Source: Shigella phage MK-13. From it: a stretch of 64,000 nucleotides of DNA. The notes beneath the pieces were generated by a model that searched no databases, was not told the origin of the DNA, and saw only the letters and a program-made list of their open reading frames with translations. Shown one piece after another: positions 28,178-36,360 of the stretch. The position numbers were made by a program, and so were the translations under genes. The stretch lies in sequence record MK509462. One strand, written 5' to 3'. Every line of letters starts with the position of its first letter. Within the stretch, counting starts at the first letter, position 1.

Positions 28178-28434
28178 ATTTGGTCTACCGCTGCGTGCTG
28201 GGCCACGCTCGAGGACATCGGCCATCCTTCCTCAGCTAATCCACGCAGCGGCAGATTTGTTTCAGAGTGTCCGGTGTAGCAACCCGTGAGGTGCGCACTA
28301 CTGTAGCCTCTACACTCTGAATTTGGTGGGCGTTACTATCGTCGTCTTCGGATTCCGTTCGGCTATTGGACAGAGGCTTGGAGCTTGTCGGTCGCGTACT
28401 TCGTGCCTATTCACTTTCGTTCACACCCATTGTC

Positions 28435-28510
28435 TGGCGACGATGACAGGACTTGAACCTGTGACATATGGATTAACAGTCCACCGTTCTACCGACTGAA
28501 CTACATCGTC
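28435..28510 (-). tRNA. tRNA-Asn (anticodon GTT)
   Basis: Full cloverleaf: acceptor GACGATG/CATCGTC, D-arm GTTC-AGTCGGTA-GAAC, anticodon stem GTGGA/TCCAT with loop CTGTTAA, T-arm ACAGG-TTCAAGT-CCTGT, discriminator G, CCA; 76 nt. Confidence 0.9.
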
Positions 28511-28511
28511 T

Positions 28512-28736
28512 TTATCCGTGCTTGTTCGCTTCAATCGCCCTTAATTGGGCATCAGCGTCAGCTTTGGTGTCATGTGTACCAAGAACCTTCGTCTTGGTGT
28601 GGTCAAGGACAACCCACTTGTCACCTCGCTTTTCAACAAACTCGACAATCTCTTTGTTGTCGGTAGCGAGGCCATCCCACTCAGCAATAAAATCACCGAA
28701 CGTTTTCATCATACTCACCAATTGTTTATTGAACAA
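28512..28736 (-). CDS. hypothetical protein (74 aa)
   Basis: Clean minus-strand ORF ending 2 nt before tRNA-Asn. Confidence 0.5.
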   Translation of the reverse strand: MFNKQLVSMMKTFGDFIAEWDGLATDNKEIVEFVEKRGDKWVVLDHTKTKVLGTHDTKADADAQLRAIEANKHG

Positions 28737-28938
28737 CTGGTTTATTTAGGTGCTCCCAAGGCGGTATTTGAATCCCGCGATCCCATCACACCTGCCGTAG
28801 ACCGGAGCTTGCTGGCAGTCCAACAATGTTTGGCGGGGTTTGAGGATTTTCACCTCACCTGCTGGGTTTGGCCGCCCAGCCGTTCTCTATGAGGATTCGC
28901 TGTCCGGACAACTATCCCTTAAACTATCGCCCCTCAAT

Positions 28939-29018
28939 TTGGTTGGAGGAGAAGGATTCGAACCTTCAACGGCTGCCGCCATCCCCTCAGGGAATGTCTA
29001 CCCCTTCCATCATCCTCC
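28939..29018 (-). tRNA. tRNA gene, isotype unresolved (tentative anticodon TGA)
   Basis: Perfect acceptor TGGAGGA/TCCTCCA + A + CCA and T-arm GAAGG-TTCGAAT-CCTTC; D-arm and anticodon-arm register could not be resolved by hand. Confidence 0.55.
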
Positions 29019-30538
29019 AAATTATTGTGTGACCAACCAAGGACTGTCAACCCTTTATCCCGTTTGTGCATGATCAGTTCATGCAGGCCTGTTTGTGCGC
29101 CTCACAGCATGCGCTTCTGTTGGTCATTGGCTTGCACCGTAGCCTCGCAACAGGCGTTTATTTTTCCAGGGCTTTCCACTTGCAAGTCTTAACCATACAG
29201 GGATACGGGCTTGCAAGATCGGGTTGGTCACAACTCTGATGGCTCTCGCCTTTCCGCTCATTTACCTGTCATCCACAACCGATATACATTATGGAATCTT
29301 GAGAGCCATCAGAGTTGCAGCCATGCTACAACCCGCACCTGGGAGAGGACAAGGTGATCGACCCCAGATACTTGCCTGCTTTCGCCAGGCCAAACGGTTT
29401 AGCGTCGGGTGCCTCCCGATGCCATTATCATGGCGAATAATGGCGTTGACTTATCCTCAGGTGGTTCTTGCCACTCAACCCTTGCGCTTAGCAGGATTCA
29501 CTAAACAACCCGCACTTCAGTGTCTTCGTCACACTTCAGCACTTGTCCTCTAACGTTCAGACCAAACGAGGCTGGCCGATAGCAAACTTGTTCTCTGGTA
29601 TTTTGTGACCCGCCAGAACGGTATGGGTTGATAGCCCGAACTCAGTTTGTATCGTAGAGTGATCACACTTGTCAGGATGATCACTATTTTGCGAACTCGA
29701 GAATACTGCACCTGTCTCGGGTTTCCCCTTAGTACGGTCACTCATTGTTCGAAGCAGTCAGGGAGCTACCCTTGATGACCGCGCTTATCTTGAGCTGTTC
29801 CTGGTGCCCACCAGTGTCCGGAATGTATAGGCATCGCAGCTTTACAAGGCAATGGTCTATTTCACCCATCGCTCTCCCAAGTTCGCAAAGTAGAGTTCTC
29901 TGAACTTCAATGACCCCTCATCTTGTACTATCGCCGCCGGGAACGTTCACCATGTGAATCAACCCTTGGGTTAAGTTCAACGTCCAGAGGACTCTACTTT
30001 GCGTTGTGGGGGCTGACCCCCACACGGCTACTTCTTTAACAGGGATTGCCAGCCCTGGGGATTCCACTGTTTAAGGCTTCATCCCATAACGCCTTAGGCG
30101 TGTTCTCAAATTATTGAGCTTGCTTAACTGCAAACTGATGCGCTGTGAGACACATCTTTGAGGGCACTCAGTGTGCAACAGGCTCCGATATTTCATAGGG
30201 CATTACTGCCTCGGATTTGAGTTGCCTTTCTCCTGAAACTCCATGCAGTCTCGCGTCTGACGCGGAATGCCCTCAAAGATGTGGAGCCGCTTTAGGGAGT
30301 CGAACCCAAGTGATTGGCCAGCGCTGACCTCACACCCCACCTGATATGTTCACCGGAACTTGCCTACTCAGGAGCTTATCCCCTTTTGACAATCAGGTAT
30401 AGCGGCATTGTAAATCTGTTTGGGCGGAGGCCTGTAACCAGCAGGCATCTCCTAGCGAACTTCTGAACACCAGGCTCGGGTGCGCCTGTCGCTGTGGTGA
30501 GTTCGACTTAACTCCTGAGCGGTTATTCCCAGTCGTCG

Positions 30539-30628
30539 ACACCCCCCAAACAGATTTTAGTCGGCGGGAGCTTATTAATCACACCCCCCAAACAGATTTT
30601 AGTCGGCGGGAGCTTATTAATCACACCC
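30539..30628. repeat. 42-bp tandem direct repeat, 2 copies plus a partial third
   Basis: acaccccccaaacagattttagtcggcgggagcttattaatc at 30539-30580 and 30581-30622, then acaccc; GGCGGGAG/CTCCCGCC inverted repeat at 30605-30612/30628-30635. Confidence 0.85.
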
Positions 30629-31357
30629 TCCCGCCTATTGTAGTGCGCCGAATTTTGTTATGAGGAGTCGGAAGACCTCACTGACTTATAGGCTATTACG
30701 CCGCCATCAGAACTACATCATCGTTTGCATTTATTTTTGTGGTCTGTTTCTTAAAACCCGCAAAGTCACGCACAACGAAAACGAAAACCTGTTTGAGCAC
30801 AAGACGCCATGTCCTGGGTTCACATCGAAGTGTTTGTCTAATGCCCAAACAGCTTTTCGTTCAATGGGTTAACTATACTCTGCAACCCGTTATTGACAAA
30901 ACTTTAAATCTGCCGGAACTTACGCATCCGGCCTCGCCTGTTGGTGCTCCTTCGAATCCGGGAAGATCAGCAGGAACTATGAATCAAGTTAATTCAACCA
31001 ACAGGAACCTTTGTGTTGCCCTTTGACGCAACATTATGAACCCTCTGTGAAGATCCATAATGTTGTCGGCGTGATGGAACCTGGCAGATCCGTCCTCCCC
31101 TATATGTTGGTGTCGACTTGCCAACGGGGTGCTCTCAAGCATCTGAGCTAATCACGCTACAACAGGGAGTTTCGTTCTCCGACGGTCAGTGCGTCCACTA
31201 ACACCATGCAAGGTGGATGTCACGCCTCTATTCACGCATGCCCCTGAGACTGGGATTAGTGAGGTCGGCTTTAGATGCCTAACTCAATGCGCTGTTCGCC
31301 TCACGTTTAATACTTTACCACAGCCCAGCTAATTTGAAAAGTCCTCTCCTCTTTGAG

Positions 31358-31504
31358 TTACACTGCCCACAGCAGTGCGGACGAACCTTCACTCAAAACC
31401 GGATGCACCGAAGTGGGCGACTGTTTACCGGACTGATCGGGTAGACCCAGGAGAGTAAAGGTAATCCCGATCAGGAGGATGAGGAGTAACATCATGTAAA
31501 ACAT
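31358..31504 (-). CDS. small hydrophobic protein (48 aa; not in the ORF track)
   Basis: Minus-strand ATG preceded by a strong SD GAAGGGAGGGAA; translation MFYMMLLLILLIGITFTLLGLPDQSGKQ... Confidence 0.4.
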   Translation of the reverse strand: MFYMMLLLILLIGITFTLLGLPDQSGKQSPTSVHPVLSEGSSALLWAV

Positions 31505-31561
31505 AGTGTTCCCTCCCTTCCATGCAACTAACTTTACTGCAATTCTTTATTGAATAAAGCG

Positions 31562-32131
31562 TTATTTTACCACTTTTAACTTCACATCACGCTCGAGCAG
31601 ATACACATATTCACGGGCGGCTGCGAGCGACATATAATGGGTGGATGGGGTGCTGTGTTTGTTCAGCGTCTCTTTTAATTCAACTCGCTCAGCCCACCCA
31701 TTGATGGAGGTGCCGTAGAAGCCGATGATAGCAGCGAAATAAATGCGTTGAGTTTCCGGCTCCAGGATGTAGTTCACGGTGAAGCAAACTTCAGAGCGAA
31801 TGCCAGAAGGTTTGATACCAATACGAAAATATGGCATCTCATTGCTAACACACAAATGGCGAAAACGATCACGACGGGCTTGTGTTGACTCCGTAAGTTC
31901 TTTACGCAGATGTATATCGTCGATGTTAAAAGAGAATGTGTTGTTGCTCTTTAGATCTGATTTAGCCAGGTCGATAGCAGAAGGAAGGACACGGCGGAAA
32001 TTGACTTCTTTCTTTGTCAAGCGTTTTGTCTCAGAAGTGATCCACACGAAATCGATATCTTGTACTTTCTTTCCTTCATATTTTTCCAACAAGGGAATGA
32101 TGTGTTTTAATACGGCAGTGTTGATGTGCAT
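31562..32131 (-). CDS. hypothetical protein (189 aa)
   Basis: Minus-strand ORF; palindrome CTTTATTGAATAAAG immediately downstream. Confidence 0.6.
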   Translation of the reverse strand: MHINTAVLKHIIPLLEKYEGKKVQDIDFVWITSETKRLTKKEVNFRRVLPSAIDLAKSDLKSNNTFSFNIDDIHLRKELTESTQARRDRFRHLCVSNEMPYFRIGIKPSGIRSEVCFTVNYILEPETQRIYFAAIIGFYGTSINGWAERVELKETLNKHSTPSTHYMSLAAAREYVYLLERDVKLKVVK

Positions 32132-32430
32132 GAGAGGTTCCTTAATATAGGGTTGATTGACCGGACTATTATATTTGGAAAGGTGTTATTGAATTAAAGG
32201 CCAACAAAATAGGAGTGCGGTTTATTAATAGGCAAAAACTACTTTTCTACAACACTCAGAGACTGTATCTTACTGTGGTGCCCTTTGAGTTGTGAGTGAT
32301 AACGAACAACGAAAAGCAGCCTCCATGGCTGTGGAATGGGACTGCCTGTCAAGGCGGTGTTACGAGCGTAGCGAGTAGGTTAATACTAATCGAGTAATAT
32401 AACGCGCGAGGAAGATTCAATCCCATCCCG

Positions 32431-32438
32431 CTAAATAT
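32431..32438 (+). promoter_or_regulatory. late-promoter-like motif CTAAATAT
   Basis: Variant of the T4 late promoter TATAAATA, about 40 nt upstream of the gp6-like start. Confidence 0.3.
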
Positions 32439-32477
32439 CTTCAACACCATATTCAAGTTCAGGTGATGGAGATAAAC

Positions 32478-34259
32478 ATGGCCACACAAACAGTTCCTTC
32501 ACTCGATGTCAGGGCTTTCGAGTATCTTATCAAGAAGCGCATGAAAGCTGATCCAACTTTCAAGGATTATGACTTTGAAGGTTCTGGTCTCAGTGCAATC
32601 GTGCGTATCTTGGCCTCGGATGCCAACTCTATCGGGTTCATGCAGAACATGCTGAATGGCGAAAGCCATCTTCACTCTGCCCAACAGCGTTCTAATGTCG
32701 GTCTGGCGGCGGGGTTCTTGTCTTACACCCCTCACAACCACCAGGCGGCGTTCCTGTACGCAAACGTCACAGTCACTCCATATGACGCCAGCACGGCTCC
32801 AGACACGATTGTAATGGACCGCCGGGCGATGTTCATTGGAGCGAAGGATGGCAAATCCTACAACTTCACGGTTGACCAACCTGTGAGCGCCTCTCTTGTA
32901 GACGGCTCTTACAAGTTCGAGAACATCAAACTCGTACAGGGCAACTGGCTGTACAAGTCCTATGACGTGGAAGGCAGCGCGATCTCTACCTATGTGATCC
33001 CATCTTCTTCCGTGGACATCAACCACATGGTGGTGCAGGTGCAGGAATCTGAGACCTCCGACGTGCGGTCTACCTTCTCACGATATGTCAGCCCGTTCGA
33101 TTTGAGCCAGTATGCACAACTCTACTTCGTTGAGCTGGGGTTGGACGGGATGTACACGTTTGAATTCGGCGACGGTTATATCTGCAAGCGAGTAGAAGAC
33201 GGCAACGTCGTGTATCTTCAGTATCTGGAGACCTCTGGTGCAGACGGCAATGACATCACTGCCTTGTCCTCTGCGTCTTCCATCGGGGGCTTCAACCTTG
33301 TAGATGTTGAGCTGGTGTCAGAACGTTCTTCCGGCGGTACAGACCCAGAGAGCATTGAAGACATCAAGCGCCTTGCTCCGCTGGCTTATCAGGCTGAGGG
33401 TGCGGCGGTAGCCGAAGTCGATTATGCTGTGTTGACTGAGCGCCTGTTCTCCAACGTCTCCCGCGCCAAAGCATATGGTGGAGACACGCTATCTCCGCCC
33501 GACTCTGGATACGTTTACATTGCTGTAGTACCTTCTGTTGGTGAGACGCTGTCGGACGCTGAGAAGGCAGATATCGTGGCGACTTTGGACAAGTACAATG
33601 TGGGTACGATTACACCCAAGATTGTCGACGCCGAACTGACTTATGTTGATGTCACCACCCGCGTGTTTTGGGATCCGACTTCCACGGCCTACACCGAAGA
33701 GCAGTTGAAGACAGTCGTAAAGAACGGTGTTGTCAACTGGGGCTTGGGGAACCTGGAAGGATTCGACGAACTGTTCGATAAAGAGCAGTTGCAGTCGGCC
33801 ATCACCGACATGGACAGATCGATAGCGTCAAACATCGCTTCCGTGAAGTACAAGCGCCACTTCAAGCCGGACTATGGGGTACTAGACAGCTTCACGTTCG
33901 ATTATGGGCGCTCGATTGCATCTGGTTCTGTGCGTATCAGTGGGTTTAAGCCGCTTCCGGCCGAGGTCGACTTCACTTACTACATGCGCGATGTCAGTGG
34001 TGTCCTGAATATGTACAAGGTGAGTACAGCAGACACGACCAAAGAATATCTGGTACAAGCTGTTGGAACGGTTGATTATGTGAATGGCGTTGTTGAACTC
34101 CAGCGCATCACAGTATCCAACTACAACACCGAGGGAGTGACTATCATCGTGTCCCCAGACGGTCTTGACCAGAACATTCAGGCCACACAAAACCAGGTGC
34201 TTCGCATCGGTGCTGTAACTGTGGAGCCGGAGGTGCGTTATGTCCAAAGATCTCAATAA
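32478..34259 (+). CDS. baseplate wedge protein (T4 gp6-like)
   Basis: ATG at 32478 with GGAG SD (ORF-track start is GTG); N-terminal FKDYDFEGSGLSAIVRILASD resembles the gp6 N-terminus as recalled. Confidence 0.6.
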   Translation: MATQTVPSLDVRAFEYLIKKRMKADPTFKDYDFEGSGLSAIVRILASDANSIGFMQNMLNGESHLHSAQQRSNVGLAAGFLSYTPHNHQAAFLYANVTVTPYDASTAPDTIVMDRRAMFIGAKDGKSYNFTVDQPVSASLVDGSYKFENIKLVQGNWLYKSYDVEGSAISTYVIPSSSVDINHMVVQVQESETSDVRSTFSRYVSPFDLSQYAQLYFVELGLDGMYTFEFGDGYICKRVEDGNVVYLQYLETSGADGNDITALSSASSIGGFNLVDVELVSERSSGGTDPESIEDIKRLAPLAYQAEGAAVAEVDYAVLTERLFSNVSRAKAYGGDTLSPPDSGYVYIAVVPSVGETLSDAEKADIVATLDKYNVGTITPKIVDAELTYVDVTTRVFWDPTSTAYTEEQLKTVVKNGVVNWGLGNLEGFDELFDKEQLQSAITDMDRSIASNIASVKYKRHFKPDYGVLDSFTFDYGRSIASGSVRISGFKPLPAEVDFTYYMRDVSGVLNMYKVSTADTTKEYLVQAVGTVDYVNGVVELQRITVSNYNTEGVTIIVSPDGLDQNIQATQNQVLRIGAVTVEPEVRYVQRSQ

Positions 34260-35094
34260 CGGACACAATGGGGTGAAATATGAAACCCCATTGTTCTACC
34301 AGAATGAATTCCCAGTGTTCATCGAGTTCATGGACACGTTCTTCAACTGGCTGTATCGCCAGCAGGGATTCACCGAAGAGGAGATTTTGGCGTATCTGGC
34401 AGACACTGATGGTTGGGTGAACCCAAATACGGATCAGTCTCCTATTGAGCAGCTGATTGACATCAAGAAGCGCAAGACACCAGGGACCGAGGCCAAGGAC
34501 TTCTTGGAAGACAAGTTCCTGACGCGCACGTTTGAGAACATGATGGCGCTAGACTTCGAAAATTTGCTGGATGTAGACGGTCGGCCATTAATCTCAATGG
34601 AAGACAAGAACGAACGCATCGACGATTGGTATGCTGATTTTGGATTCCAGAGAACGGTTGATAAGACCTTCCTGGAGTTTGGGAAGTTTGTGCCAGTTGG
34701 TTCGGACAGTTTGGTGACTTCAGACGGAGACACGCTCTCTGTGTATGTCGAGGGAACCAAACGCCGAACGCTGGACCATGTCCGCTGGTTGAAGTTGCTT
34801 AAACACATTTATCGCATTCGCGGGACGAAGAAAGCGATTGAATTGTTCTTCTGGATTTACTTTGGTTGCCCAGTGAGTGTGTACTATCCCAAGGAAGAAA
34901 TTGGTGGTTTGGACGATAACTTTGAATGTGACGGCGCGACAGGAATGCGTGACGATTACTACTATGATGAATTCACGTATGTGATAAGAGTTCCTGGCGA
35001 CGTATCTGATTTTGAAGGTGTGTTTGAGCGCGTCTTCCGTCAGCATTTCCATCCTGCTGGGTTTACTGTATTCCTGGAAAGTTCAAGGAGTTAA
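34240..35094 (+). CDS. baseplate/virion structural protein (284 aa)
   Basis: ATG with GGAGG SD; between the gp6-like and tail-fibre genes. Confidence 0.45.
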   Translation: MSKDLNNGHNGVKYETPLFYQNEFPVFIEFMDTFFNWLYRQQGFTEEEILAYLADTDGWVNPNTDQSPIEQLIDIKKRKTPGTEAKDFLEDKFLTRTFENMMALDFENLLDVDGRPLISMEDKNERIDDWYADFGFQRTVDKTFLEFGKFVPVGSDSLVTSDGDTLSVYVEGTKRRTLDHVRWLKLLKHIYRIRGTKKAIELFFWIYFGCPVSVYYPKEEIGGLDDNFECDGATGMRDDYYYDEFTYVIRVPGDVSDFEGVFERVFRQHFHPAGFTVFLESSRS

Positions 35095-35096
35095 AA

Positions 35097-36308
35097 ATGG
35101 CCGATTTTCTGAGTCAATACACAGGTCAGCAGATTGATGCAATCCTTTCTTCTGTTGACGATAAAGTAAGCAAGAACGATGTTATCAACGATTTCGCTGT
35201 TGATGATCCGTTGTTTCCTCCTTCAGCTCATCTGACGTATGAACTGAAGCGTTCTGTGGATGACATCTACGACACGTTGGATAATAAGGTGATTCGCACC
35301 GACGGTGGGGAACAAACTATCAACGGGCGGAAGACTTTTGCCGCAGAAATCCGAGCCAATGCTGGTGTCAGTATCCCTACGGGGAAGAAACTTACCATCG
35401 CAGATGAGCCAGTTGATTCCACTGATGGCGTCAATCTGTCTATGCTGCGCAAGCACGGCGTGAGTGAAGACACTGCCGGGGTTAACTCTGGTCTGAAAAT
35501 CGAGTTGTTATCTGGCGGCTACAACAAACTCACTTTCGACGGCACAAATCTGGCCACTTACTCTGGTACTGGTGTGCCAACTACCATGTTACTGGTGAGT
35601 GGAACCGACACTGTCAAGTACGACACATCTGCGTTTGTGACTTCTATCTTCAATGATACGCGTTTCAACGCTTATCTGAAGGTTGTTGATTACGACGCCG
35701 ATATGTTGGATATCCAGTCTCAGTTCAATACTGTGAACACCACTCTGGCAGCGAAGGTCAACACATCGACTTACAACTCCAAGATGTCTAGCCTGGACAC
35801 CAGTATACTGGATCTGACGAACAACAAAGTGAACGTCAGTACGTATAACACGAAGATGGCGGCGTTGGACAGTTCCATCAGCGGCATTCAGAGTGATATC
35901 GGCACGATCAATACCACGTTGTCTGGAAAGGTCAACACATCGACCTACAACGCCAAAATGACAAGCCTGGACGCCGACATTGCTGCCCGTGTGAAGATCG
36001 GGAAGACCAACCCAAGCGGCATCACTGTCTCTGCTTCGGGGAACTCTGCGTTGCCCGACTTCGATTTGGTGAACCTTTGCCAAGTGTTGATCAGTGCACA
36101 ATGGGGTACAGGCAACGTCGTGGATACGTACCGCGTGACGATCACCCGTGACGGGACTATCAAGTCTGAGCTGTTGATTCAGAAGTCCACTTCCGGTACG
36201 GTGACATTCGCGGGTTCTGTAGTGTCTTCAAAACTTCGTTTGACGATAACAAATGCGAACACGACGACTGCGTGCTCTATTGATTATAGTCTGGTCGCTT
36301 CTTTCTAA
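35097..36308 (+). CDS. tail fibre protein with internal coiled-coil repeats
   Basis: N-terminal INGRKTF motif; three repeats of VNTSTYNxKMxxLDxxI (nucleotide repeats around 35752-35785 and 35926-35960). Confidence 0.65.
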   Translation: MADFLSQYTGQQIDAILSSVDDKVSKNDVINDFAVDDPLFPPSAHLTYELKRSVDDIYDTLDNKVIRTDGGEQTINGRKTFAAEIRANAGVSIPTGKKLTIADEPVDSTDGVNLSMLRKHGVSEDTAGVNSGLKIELLSGGYNKLTFDGTNLATYSGTGVPTTMLLVSGTDTVKYDTSAFVTSIFNDTRFNAYLKVVDYDADMLDIQSQFNTVNTTLAAKVNTSTYNSKMSSLDTSILDLTNNKVNVSTYNTKMAALDSSISGIQSDIGTINTTLSGKVNTSTYNAKMTSLDADIAARVKIGKTNPSGITVSASGNSALPDFDLVNLCQVLISAQWGTGNVVDTYRVTITRDGTIKSELLIQKSTSGTVTFAGSVVSSKLRLTITNANTTTACSIDYSLVASF

Positions 36309-36316
36309 AGTGAAAG

Positions 36317-36324
36317 CTAAATAC
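36317..36324 (+). promoter_or_regulatory. late-promoter-like motif CTAAATAC
   Basis: Lies within the 5' arm of the 36319-36357 hairpin. Confidence 0.35.
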
Positions 36325-36357
36325 CCCTAGATGAAACGAACACATTTAGGGGTATTT
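36319..36357 (+). promoter_or_regulatory. 11-bp-stem hairpin immediately upstream of the tailspike start
   Basis: AAATACCCCTA ...17 nt... TAGGGGTATTT ending 3 nt before the ATG at 36361. Confidence 0.45.
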
Positions 36358-36360
36358 GAA

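Noticed and set aside
29224-29745. ORFs 29224-29553 (+), 29550-29741 (-) and 29557-29745 (-) inside the ORF-poor island
   Set aside because: No SD, odd composition, mutually overlapping on both strands; the region looks like structured non-coding sequence
30539-30635. CRISPR array
   Set aside because: Only two to three directly abutting copies with no spacers; a tandem repeat, not a repeat-spacer array
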